In this document: one piece after another, positions 51,489 to 59,849 of the stretch
How positions within the stretch are numbered: the first letter of the stretch is position 1
How the letters are laid out: each line of letters begins with the position of its first letter
Assembly: GCA_964371035.1 (NCBI GenBank)
Contig: CAYJLG010000001.1
Location: 702-64,701, forward strand
Origin: an uncultured Clostridia bacterium
Lineage (GTDB): Bacteria; Bacillota; Clostridia; Tissierellales; Sedimentibacteraceae
Direction: 5' to 3'
Length of the DNA: 64,000 bases
The notes under the pieces: generated by a model
Seen by the model: only the letters and a program-made list of their open reading frames with translations
Told to the model about the DNA's origin: nothing
Databases searched by the model: none
Made by a program: the position numbers and the translations under genes

Positions 51489-52487
51489 ATGAAAATGAAA
51501 AAATTTATTAATGATCCTGCTAACTTAACAAATGAATTAATGAAAGGATATGCTTTAGCTGCAGCTGATCATGTAAGAGTTTTAGAAAACAATATTGTTG
51601 TGTCTAAGGCATTAAAAGATGCAGATAGAGTAACTGTAGTGTCTTTTGGTGGAACGGGGCACGAGCCCGCTATTTCTGGGTTTGTTGGAGATGGAATGCT
51701 TGATATTTCAGTACCTGGAGATATTTTTGCTGCACCGAATCCACAATTAGTTTTTGAAGCTATCAAAATGGCGGATAAAGGACATGGAGTTTTGTTGTTA
51801 GTGCTTAACCATGCAGGTGACATGCTTACTGGTGACATGACTATGAAGCTTTGCAATAAGGCTGGAATGAAAGTGATTAAAGTTGTAACACAAGAGGATA
51901 TCTCGAATGCTCCTAGGTCTAACTCTGATGATAGACGAGGTTTGGGTGGAGCGATACCGCTATATCACATCGCAGCATCAGCGGCTAAAGATGGAAAATC
52001 ATTAGAAGAAATAGCAGAAATCGCACAAAGATATGCTGATTCTATGGCTACTATAGCGGTTGCTGCTAGATGTGCTACTCATCCTGCAAATGGAGCACCT
52101 TTTGGTGATTTAGGCGAAGATGATATGGAAATAGGCATGGGACAACATGGAGAAGGTGGTGGTGGTCGCCAACCGATGAAAACTTCTAAGGAGACTATAG
52201 CAATAATGGCTGGTGCATTAGTTAAGGATATTCCTTTATCGAAAGGTGATAAAGTGTTTGTAATGATTAATGGATCTGGTGCTACAACTCTTATGGAGCA
52301 ATTTATATTGCTTAATGATTGTGTTGAATATTTAGAAAGTTTAGGAATGGAAGTTGTCGCAAACATGACAGGTAATTTGTTGACTGTTCAAGAACAAGCA
52401 GGTTTCCAGTTGAATCTTGCTAAATGGGATGATGAATTCTTAAAATATTGGAATACACCTGCAAAATCATATGCTTTTAACAAGTAA
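51489..52487 (+). CDS. dhaK: Dihydroxyacetone-kinase K-type subunit (Dak1 domain)
   Basis: FGGTGHEPA and GMGQHGEGG motifs of Dak1. Confidence 0.85.
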   Translation: MKMKKFINDPANLTNELMKGYALAAADHVRVLENNIVVSKALKDADRVTVVSFGGTGHEPAISGFVGDGMLDISVPGDIFAAPNPQLVFEAIKMADKGHGVLLLVLNHAGDMLTGDMTMKLCNKAGMKVIKVVTQEDISNAPRSNSDDRRGLGGAIPLYHIAASAAKDGKSLEEIAEIAQRYADSMATIAVAARCATHPANGAPFGDLGEDDMEIGMGQHGEGGGGRQPMKTSKETIAIMAGALVKDIPLSKGDKVFVMINGSGATTLMEQFILLNDCVEYLESLGMEVVANMTGNLLTVQEQAGFQLNLAKWDDEFLKYWNTPAKSYAFNK

Positions 52488-52505
52488 TAGAAATGGAGAA
52501 TTAAA

Positions 52506-53390
52506 ATGGCAGATGCAATTGGAAATAAAATAGCTAAAGATTATCACTTTGACAAAGAAGTCGTAATGACAGGTTTTCATGCCAAAGGGCTAAATCATAC
52601 AGGCTGGGGAATGAAAAATAGATTGTCAAAGATATTTAGAAAAGACACTGGTAATACTGTGATGTTGGCTTTTGATCACGGATATATAATGGGTGCAACT
52701 GCAGGACTTGAGCGTCTTGATATTGCAATTCCACCGCTAGTTTCAACAGTTGATGTTTTAATGGGTACTAGAGGCGCACTAAGAAGTTGTGTTGATCCTT
52801 CGATGGATAAAGGTATTTGCTTAAGAGCTACTCATGATGCTACAGTATTATTCGAAGATATGTCTATAGGTAGCGGGTTAGGTGCAGATATGGAAGACGC
52901 ACTCAGGATAAATGCTTCTTGTCTTGCAATACAATGTTTTATAGGTAGCAAAGGAGAAGGCAACTCACTTGACACGCTTTGTAGAGCTATTGATGCAGGA
53001 GAAAAATATAATATGCCAATTATGGCAGTTACAGCCGTAGGAAAAGAGTTAGAGCGTAATGACAAATATTTTTTACTTGCTACAAGAGTTCTTGCAGAAC
53101 TTGGAGCACACTGTATTAAAACTTATTACTGCGAAGGATTTGAAAAAGTTGCTGCTGCATGCCCTGTGCCGATTGTAATTGCAGGTGGCAAAAAAACTGA
53201 TGAAAAAACTGCGCTAGAAATGGCATATAAAGCTATGAATGAAGGTGCTAGGGGTGTTGATATGGGAAGAAACATTTTTCAGTCAGAATCATCACTAGGT
53301 ATGGCGACTGCAGTAAGCAAAATTGTGCATGAAAATTATAGTGCAAAAGAAGCGTATGAATTGTTTTTAGATATTAAAAATTCAAAATAA
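52506..53390 (+). CDS. LsrF-like class I aldolase/thiolase (DeoC/FbaB superfamily)
   Basis: Near-colinear with E. coli LsrF as I recall it: GWGMKNRLSKIF, VMLAFDHGY, IKTYY, CPVPIVIAGGKK, GVDMGRNIFQS. Confidence 0.8.
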   Translation: MADAIGNKIAKDYHFDKEVVMTGFHAKGLNHTGWGMKNRLSKIFRKDTGNTVMLAFDHGYIMGATAGLERLDIAIPPLVSTVDVLMGTRGALRSCVDPSMDKGICLRATHDATVLFEDMSIGSGLGADMEDALRINASCLAIQCFIGSKGEGNSLDTLCRAIDAGEKYNMPIMAVTAVGKELERNDKYFLLATRVLAELGAHCIKTYYCEGFEKVAAACPVPIVIAGGKKTDEKTALEMAYKAMNEGARGVDMGRNIFQSESSLGMATAVSKIVHENYSAKEAYELFLDIKNSK

Positions 53391-53413
53391 TTACTAATAT
53401 TGGAGGAATTAAC

Positions 53414-53728
53414 ATGTTTGAAGTTGTACATATTGGAATACCAACTACTCAAGAAAGAGAAGGGGAAGTATACGTAGAAGGTGCTAAAATTTATGTAACT
53501 GCACCTGAATTGAGTCCATTTTCGATTGAATATGTTAGGTTTATGCCTGGGACTATTTTCCCTGAAGAGATGCATTATGAGCCTCATGTTGCAGCAAAAG
53601 TAGATTCAATAGATGAATTTGTAAGATTAGCAGATAAAGTTATAGTTCCGAAAATGGATAATGGAGATTGCTATTTATGCTTTATTAGAAAAGATGGAGC
53701 AATAATTGAACTTATTGAAATGAAATAA
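53414..53728 (+). CDS. Small VOC/glyoxalase-fold-like protein
   Basis: 104 aa. HIGIP...HVAAKVDSIDEF...IELIE pattern. Confidence 0.45.
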   Translation: MFEVVHIGIPTTQEREGEVYVEGAKIYVTAPELSPFSIEYVRFMPGTIFPEEMHYEPHVAAKVDSIDEFVRLADKVIVPKMDNGDCYLCFIRKDGAIIELIEMK

Positions 53729-53749
53729 AATTAATATACTATTACAATG

Positions 53750-53785
53750 AAGGATTAATTTGGATTTAAAACTAAATTAATCCTT
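53750..53785 (+). terminator. Hairpin after the sugar operon
   Basis: AAGGATTAATTT / AAATTAATCCTT stem. Only a weak T-run. Confidence 0.5.
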
Positions 53786-53790
53786 ATTAA

Positions 53791-53918
53791 TTACTATTCA
53801 CAGTTGATTAGATTGTTAACGAGATAAAATAATGAAATATGGTGCCGGGTACTCCGAATAAGGCTTCCATATTTTATTACTTTTTCCTTAAATATTTAAA
53901 GTCAACTGTGAGTAGTAA
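53791..53918. repeat. Compact MITE-like element (128 bp) with 18-bp terminal inverted repeats
   Basis: TTACTATTCACAGTTGAT ... GTCAACTGTGAGTAGTAA (imperfect TIR). The two arms are largely self-complementary around a short GC-rich centre, GCCGGGTACTCCGAAT. Confidence 0.7.
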
Positions 53919-54034
53919 ACCTTAGTATTATATTTATATTCAAGAAATAATATTTTTGTTGATTTTTACAAGAAAAAAATGTACAATTAAATTAATATAT
54001 TTCAATAAATATAATTTAATTGAAAGAGGAGTTT

Positions 54035-54544
54035 ATGATGAATGCAATTTTTACAAGAAGAAGTGTACGTTCTTTTACAGAACAAGAAGTAGAGCCTGAG
54101 AAAATAGAGAGAATTTTAAAAGCTGCAATGCAAGCTCCATCAGCGCATAACCAACAACCATGGGAATTTATAGTTGTAAGAAATAAAGAGACATTAAAAA
54201 AAATATCTAAAATGCATCAATATAGTAGTTGTCTAGAAAATGCACCATTAGGGATAATTATTTTAACAAATAAAAGCAAGTTAAAGATACCAGAGTTTAT
54301 TCAACAAGATTTGTCGGCTTGCACACAAAATTTAATGGTTGAGGCTACGGACCTTAATTTAGGAACTGTTTGGTTTGGATTATATCCAATTGATGAAACT
54401 ATTAAATATATTAAGTCATTATTTAATTTAGATGATGAAATAATCCCTTTTAGTGTTGTAGCAGTTGGTTATCCTAAAAGTGAAAATGCACTTAAGCACA
54501 TAGATAGATATGAACCAGATAGAATTCATTATGAGAAATGGTAA
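54035..54544 (+). CDS. Nitroreductase-family protein
   Basis: RRSVRSF and APSAHNQQPWEF. ATG at 54035 follows GAGGAG. Confidence 0.85.
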   Translation: MMNAIFTRRSVRSFTEQEVEPEKIERILKAAMQAPSAHNQQPWEFIVVRNKETLKKISKMHQYSSCLENAPLGIIILTNKSKLKIPEFIQQDLSACTQNLMVEATDLNLGTVWFGLYPIDETIKYIKSLFNLDDEIIPFSVVAVGYPKSENALKHIDRYEPDRIHYEKW

Positions 54545-54599
54545 ATTAAAAGTAATTTCAATTTAAAAAAGTCATATTTAAATAGACAAAGGAGCAATT

Positions 54600-55154
54600 A
54601 TGGTTTTCCTAATTGATTTTGAAAATGTATCGAATAATGGTTTTGTAGGTATAGAAGAGCTTGGAGAAACTGATAAAATTATAGTCTTTTATTCTGAAAA
54701 ATCATGTAATATAACTATAGCTACCCATTTAAAACTCGAAAATTCTAAAGCAGTTAAAGAATTTTTTGGTGTTAAAACAGGTGGCAAGAATGCACTTGAC
54801 TTTCAACTGTCATCTTACTTAGGGTATTTAATATCTAAAGACAATAAGGAAAGTTATGCTATTGTCAGCAATGATGAAGGTTTTAATTTTGTAGTCAATT
54901 TTTGGATCGAAAAAGGTATTGACGTGGTGCGATGTGTAAATTTATTTAGGCAAATAAAGAAGACTCAAAAAGAAGAACTTGAAAATATTTTACACGAGCA
55001 TACAGAAGATATTAACAAAGTTGGATTAATAATAAATAAATACAAAACAAAGCAAGGCATCAACAATGCTCTTGTTAAGGAGTTTGGGACAGAGAAAACT
55101 GGAGCTTTATACAAACTTATACGTCCACTTATAAAAGATAAAAAAGGTAAGTAA
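54600..55154 (+). CDS. PIN/NYN-like (LabA-like) domain protein
   Basis: The N-terminus FLIDFENV and later SNDEGF resemble NYN-type nuclease folds. From memory only. Confidence 0.4.
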   Translation: MVFLIDFENVSNNGFVGIEELGETDKIIVFYSEKSCNITIATHLKLENSKAVKEFFGVKTGGKNALDFQLSSYLGYLISKDNKESYAIVSNDEGFNFVVNFWIEKGIDVVRCVNLFRQIKKTQKEELENILHEHTEDINKVGLIINKYKTKQGINNALVKEFGTEKTGALYKLIRPLIKDKKGK

Positions 55155-55200
55155 TATTAAGCTGATTGTAGTCAAGTATTAAAATTTTTCAACTAACATA

Positions 55201-55248
55201 AAAAAACAAGGTAATTAAACTAATTCTAGTTTAACTACCTTGTTTTTT
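55201..55248. terminator. Bidirectional terminator
   Basis: AAAAAACAAGGTAATTAAAC / GTTTAACTACCTTGTTTTTT. Confidence 0.75.
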
Positions 55249-55277
55249 AAAAGATTATTTTAAATAATAATAATTGG

Positions 55278-55901
55278 CTAATACTTTCTAATTACGCCTT
55301 TTACAACCCCAATTATTTCAACTTCTTTAAGCAAAATAGGTTCCAATGTACTGTTTTCAGGTTGCAATCTGATATGATCTTTTTCTTTATAAAAAGTTTT
55401 TACAGTTGCAGAATCTTCAATAAGAGCAACTACAATCTCAGCATTTCTAGCAGTGTTTTGTTTGTTCACTATAATATAATCATTATTTAATATTCCTGCT
55501 TCAATCATACTATCGCCTTTAACTTTTAGAATAAAAGATTCTGAATTTCCTATGAAATCGATAGGAATAGGCATTAAATCTTCGATATTTTCAACTGCCA
55601 ATATAGGTGAACCTGCGGCTACATTTCCTAAAACTGGTAGATGTGCAATTTCTTTTTTAGGTAAGTCAGCATAAGCATTGTCAATGTCGATGACTTCAAT
55701 TGCTCTCATTTTATTGTTACCTTTAACAATATATCCTTTTTTTTCAAGAGTATTCAAATGTGCATGAACTGAAGAAGTAGAGCTCAAACCTGTAGCTTTA
55801 CAGATTTCTCTAACCGATGGAGGATATCCTTTTTCAGATAATTCATTTTTAATGTAAGTTAAAACTTTAATTTGCATGTTACTTAATTCTTCATAAGCCA
55901 T
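55278..55901 (-). CDS. lexA: LexA repressor
   Basis: Winged-helix N-terminus, Ala-Gly cleavage site (VAAGSP), catalytic Ser (KGDSM) and a Lys near the C-terminus. Confidence 0.95.
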   Translation of the reverse strand: MAYEELSNMQIKVLTYIKNELSEKGYPPSVREICKATGLSSTSSVHAHLNTLEKKGYIVKGNNKMRAIEVIDIDNAYADLPKKEIAHLPVLGNVAAGSPILAVENIEDLMPIPIDFIGNSESFILKVKGDSMIEAGILNNDYIIVNKQNTARNAEIVVALIEDSATVKTFYKEKDHIRLQPENSTLEPILLKEVEIIGVVKGVIRKY

Positions 55902-56001
55902 AACAATACCTCCAATTAGTAAATTAATTTTATTAAGAGTAGTATAACATAATACAAATCAAAAAGCAAACATTTGTTTGGTTTGAAGTTGAAAAATAAT
56001 T

Positions 56002-56015
56002 CGTACAAAAGTTCG
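56002..56015. promoter_or_regulatory. Cheo (LexA) box, one mismatch
   Basis: CGTACAAAAGTTCG versus CGAAC-N4-GTTCG. Confidence 0.45.
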
Positions 56016-56024
56016 AAAAAAAAC

Positions 56025-56053
56025 TTGACAACGAACATTTGTTCTGTTATCAT
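56025..56053 (+). promoter_or_regulatory. Promoter of the yneA-like gene
   Basis: TTGACA, 17-nt spacer, TATCAT. The spacer is occupied by a Cheo box. Confidence 0.6.
56032..56045. promoter_or_regulatory. Cheo (LexA) box
   Basis: CGAACATTTGTTCT contains GAAC-N4-GTTC exactly. Confidence 0.7.
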
Positions 56054-56064
56054 ATATTTATAAC

Positions 56065-56078
56065 CGAACAAACATTCG
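56065..56078. promoter_or_regulatory. Cheo (LexA) box, one mismatch
   Basis: CGAACAAACATTCG. Confidence 0.5.
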
Positions 56079-56087
56079 ATAGGAGAA

Positions 56088-56402
56088 TTGAAAATGATAA
56101 TATTTAATAGATACAAAATAAAAAACATTAATAGATTTAGAACTTTTATATTTACATCTGTATTAATTGGAAGTATGTTTATATTCTTAATTTTATCCTC
56201 ATTTACTCAAGCATTTTCTTCGTCTAATATTATATATGAAAATATATATGTTAATAGTGGTGACACTTTGTGGGGAATAGCTTCTGCACATTCAAATGGT
56301 ACTAGAATAGAAGAATTGGTATATCAAATAAGAGAAATTAATGATTTAGGAACTAATCATATATATCCAGGTGACATAATAAAAGTACCAATAAATAATT
56401 AA
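56088..56402 (+). CDS. YneA-like LysM-domain SOS cell-division inhibitor candidate
   Basis: N-terminal TM plus LysM (YVNSGDTLWGIAS...PGDIIKVP). Divergent from lexA, as in Bacillus subtilis. The start may be the ATG at 56094. Confidence 0.55.
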   Translation: MKMIIFNRYKIKNINRFRTFIFTSVLIGSMFIFLILSSFTQAFSSSNIIYENIYVNSGDTLWGIASAHSNGTRIEELVYQIREINDLGTNHIYPGDIIKVPINN

Positions 56403-56404
56403 TA

Positions 56405-57391
56405 TTATTTATTGGTATCATCATCATCCATAAACGTACTCAATGGGTTGTTTTTTACTGCTTCTTTAAGTCGTTCATCGTTTATGTGTGTATATATTTG
56501 CGTAGTTGCAACACTTTCGTGCCCTAATATGTCTTGTAAAGCGACAATGTCCACATTACCGTGTTGGTACATTAAAGTTGCTGCGGTATGCCTTAGTTTA
56601 TGAGGTGAAAAATTACTACTACCTAATCCAGCTGCTACGAGCGATTTTTCTACTAAATGTTGAATTGCTCTTTGTGAAATCCTAGTTTTTCTATTGCTCA
56701 AAAACATAGCATTTTCATGACCATCTAAACCATCAGGCCTGATTTTAATATAATCACGTAATGAAGCAATGCACGCATCGTTTAAATAAATTGTACGCTC
56801 TTTATTTCCTTTCCCAATAACTGTAAGTGTTTCATCTTTATAATTGTTTAAATTAATACTTACTATTTCTGATAATCGAACACCACAATTTAAAAAAATC
56901 ATGATAATTGCAAAATCTCTTTCTTTGTTTTGGCCTTCAATCGACTTTAATAGATACTTAGATTGTTCTAAAGTGAGATGCACAGGTAGTCTTTTATTAG
57001 ACTTAGGTGACTCAAGCTTGATTGCAGGATCTTCTGCTATTAGCCCCATAGTAGAATATAAATATTTGTAAAAAGATTTTAAACAAGCAACTTTTCGCGC
57101 TTTAGTTCTATTTGAATTATTTCTGTCTTTATCAATAAATGCAATGAAAGCATGCAAATCTAACAAATTAACTTTCTTTATAATGCTTAAGTCAATTAAA
57201 AAAATATCAACATCTTCAAATGGAGTATCGCTCTTTACAAGCTTATATCTAAAACATAAAAATCTGTGAAAAGTTCTTAAATCTAAAAAATATTCTCTGA
57301 CAGTCCTTGGCGATTTTCCTCTTATAGAAACTAGATATTCTAAAAAATCACACATAGGGGAGGGTGCTATCTCAAAATAATTATATTCCAT
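56405..57391 (-). CDS. Tyrosine recombinase, XerC/XerD-like
   Basis: SAM-like N-terminal domain. Catalytic residues in GVRLSE (R), HKLRHTAAT (H-x-x-R) and LGHESVATTQIYTH (H, Y). Confidence 0.85.
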   Translation of the reverse strand: MEYNYFEIAPSPMCDFLEYLVSIRGKSPRTVREYFLDLRTFHRFLCFRYKLVKSDTPFEDVDIFLIDLSIIKKVNLLDLHAFIAFIDKDRNNSNRTKARKVACLKSFYKYLYSTMGLIAEDPAIKLESPKSNKRLPVHLTLEQSKYLLKSIEGQNKERDFAIIMIFLNCGVRLSEIVSINLNNYKDETLTVIGKGNKERTIYLNDACIASLRDYIKIRPDGLDGHENAMFLSNRKTRISQRAIQHLVEKSLVAAGLGSSNFSPHKLRHTAATLMYQHGNVDIVALQDILGHESVATTQIYTHINDERLKEAVKNNPLSTFMDDDDTNK

Positions 57392-57800
57392 ATGACTCCT
57401 TAATATATAAATTGAAATTTTATAAATAAATATATTTTCATATTAATTATATCAAAAATCTAAATATATACAATAAATAAATCAAAAATTAATAAAATTT
57501 ATCGAACATATATCGAACAAGACAATTATTTTATAAATTTGATCTAAATATGATTAATATTGATTATAAACGATTTAATAATTTAATCAACTGAATCTTC
57601 ATTGCAAATAAAACAAGTGGCTTAAAATCGATTTTTAAGCGTAGTAGGGAAAGAAGATTTAAATTTATTTTGTCGCAAAATAATAATTTTGTGACAAAGA
57701 CGGCATATTTTCAAGAGGGGGCCTATTTATTGCAAATATTGTTATTTCAATGCTTTTTTTCAATGTTGAAACATTTTACATCACGTAATTATTTAGCTAA

Positions 57801-57848
57801 ATAAAAAATCAATCGTCAATTTTTTAAATTTAACGATTGATTATATTT
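57801..57848 (-). terminator. purB terminator
   Basis: AATCAATCGT / ACGATTGATT stem followed by a T-run on the minus strand. Confidence 0.7.
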
Positions 57849-57865
57849 TTTTATTAAATAAATAT

Positions 57866-59299
57866 TTAAACTTTTAGATCAATTTCAATTCCAAGTTCTG
57901 ATTTGTTTTTTTCTAGAATTTCCTTTATAACATCTTCATAAAAATCTACAACTTGTTCTGATGCACGACCAATGAAATTTTTAGGATCTAATATACTATC
58001 AATTTCTTCGTTAGATAATGTGATTTTTTCGCTATTTTTCATTCTATCTATTAAGTCATTCGAATTGCCATGTTTCTTTACTTGAATTCCGGCTTCCATA
58101 GATAATATTCGTATTTCCTCATGAAGTTCTTGTCTGTCGCCACCTCGTTTAACACATTCCATGATTATATTTTCTGTAGCCATGAACGGAAGTTCTTCCA
58201 TAATACGTTTTTCAATTACTTTTTCATTTACTACCATACCGCTAAATATATTTATTGCAATGCCTAAAATAGCATCACAAGCCATAAATCCTTGTGGTAT
58301 GCTCAATCTTCTATTAGCAGAATCATCTAAAGTCCTTTCAAGCCATTGGGTTGCAGCAGTATTATCCATATTTGAAGCGTTTGAAATTATAAATCTAGCA
58401 AGCGATGCTATTCTTTCACTTCTCATTGGGTTTCTTTTATAAGCCATTGCTGAAGATCCAATTTGATTTTTTTCAAACGGCTCTTCAAGTTCTTTTAAGC
58501 TTTGCAATATTCTTATATCATTAGTTGCCTTATGCAAGCTTTGTGCTATTCCCGAAAGAACATTTGCAACTAATGAATCCATTTTTCTTGAATAAGTTTG
58601 ACCTGTCAAATAAAAAGATTTATCAAATCCCATTTTTTCAGCAATTAAGCAGTCTAATTTTTTAACTTTTTCACTATCATTTTCAAATAAACTCATGTAA
58701 CTTGCTTGAGTGCCCGTAGTTCCCTTTGCACCTCTAAGTTTCAAATTATTAATACAAAACTCTAGTTGTTCAAAATCCATATATAAATCTTGAAGCCACA
58801 GGCCTGCTCTTTTGCCGACAGTAGTTAATTGAGCGGGTTGAAAATGAGTAAAACCAAGAGCTGGTAAATCTTTATATTCTAAGCAAAACTTAGACATAAC
58901 ATCTATTAAATTTAATAACTTGTTTTTTATTAGAAGCAATGCTTCTTTAATGATAATTACATCTGTATTATCTCCAACAAAAGCACTCGTCGCACCTAAA
59001 TGTATTATTGGCATAGCTTTTGGACAAGTTGTACCAAAAGTATGCACATGAGCCATCACATCATGTCTAAATTCTTTTTCTTTTTGAGCTGCCAGAACAT
59101 AATCTATATTATGTAAACTGTTTTTCATTTCTTCAATTTGCTCCTCAGAAATATTCAATCCTAGTTCTTTCTCTGATTCAGCTAAAGCAACCCATAACTT
59201 TCTCCAAGTACTAAATTTTTTATCATCTGAAAAAACATGGCTAATTTCTTTGCTGGCATATCTTGATATAAGCGGATTTTCATAAACTTCTCTATTCAT
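57866..59299 (-). CDS. purB: Adenylosuccinate lyase
   Basis: 477 aa with fumarate-lyase signature GSSAMAYKRNP. Confidence 0.95.
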   Translation of the reverse strand: MNREVYENPLISRYASKEISHVFSDDKKFSTWRKLWVALAESEKELGLNISEEQIEEMKNSLHNIDYVLAAQKEKEFRHDVMAHVHTFGTTCPKAMPIIHLGATSAFVGDNTDVIIIKEALLLIKNKLLNLIDVMSKFCLEYKDLPALGFTHFQPAQLTTVGKRAGLWLQDLYMDFEQLEFCINNLKLRGAKGTTGTQASYMSLFENDSEKVKKLDCLIAEKMGFDKSFYLTGQTYSRKMDSLVANVLSGIAQSLHKATNDIRILQSLKELEEPFEKNQIGSSAMAYKRNPMRSERIASLARFIISNASNMDNTAATQWLERTLDDSANRRLSIPQGFMACDAILGIAINIFSGMVVNEKVIEKRIMEELPFMATENIIMECVKRGGDRQELHEEIRILSMEAGIQVKKHGNSNDLIDRMKNSEKITLSNEEIDSILDPKNFIGRASEQVVDFYEDVIKEILEKNKSELGIEIDLKV

Positions 59300-59410
59300 T
59301 TTTACCTCACTTTTTGATTTAAAATATAATTATTTAATATGTTATTTCTTCAAATAAATTATAACATTTTTAAATATATGTCGCAAGTGTTTGTTGTTTT
59401 ATAATTTAAT

Positions 59411-59450
59411 AAAAAAAAATCGTTATTAAATATTATTTAACGATTTTTTT
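59411..59450. terminator. Terminator after the thioredoxin-like gene
   Basis: ATCGTTA-N13-TAACGAT flanked by long A- and T-runs. Confidence 0.6.
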
Positions 59451-59463
59451 ATCTATTTTATTG

Positions 59464-59805
59464 TTAGATGTTATTTTGAATTAATGATTTTGCCTCTTCA
59501 ACACTAATTAACTTACCATAAGATACTACTTTATTAGCTATAACTAAAGCTGGAGTTTGCATTATTCCATACTTTGCAATTTCTGCCATATCTCCAATAT
59601 TTATAACTTCTTCAGATATTCCTAATTCAGACACTGCAATTTTTACATTTTCAAAAGTTTGCGAACTTTTTTTACAACAAGCTCCTAAAACAATAAATTT
59701 CGATGTTTCACTTGATGTTTCTTTCTCTGGTGAACACGCACCGCTAGCACAGCCTCAAGTATTTGAAGCTTTTACTTCTTTTTTACCAAATTTAAATAAT
59801 CCCAT
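59464..59805 (-). CDS. Thioredoxin_3 (redox-active disulfide protein 2)-like protein with in-frame TGA: candidate selenoprotein
   Basis: Absent from the ORF track. AAAGGAGA RBS, 5-nt spacer, then ATG at 59805. Translation: MGLFKFGKKEVKASNT-TGA(59755..59757)-GCASGACSPEKETSSETSKFIVLGACCKKSSQTFENVKIAVSELGISEEVINIGDMAEIAKYGIMQTPALVIANKVVSYGKLISVEEAKSLIQNNI-stop. 114 codons, with no in-frame ATG/GTG/TTG plus RBS after the TGA. Confidence 0.7.
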
Positions 59806-59849
59806 TTTAATTCTCCTTTAAATTTCTAAATTTTTCTATAAATTAAGTT

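Noticed and set aside
55916-56128. 70-aa minus-strand ORF in the lexA/yneA-like intergenic region.
   Set aside because: It covers the divergent promoters and Cheo boxes and yields only a low-complexity hydrophobic translation.
57501-57519. ATCGAACA direct repeat as a LexA operator for the recombinase.
   Set aside because: These are direct rather than inverted half-sites, and GAAC-N4-GTTC is not formed. I kept it only as a remark within the SOS finding.
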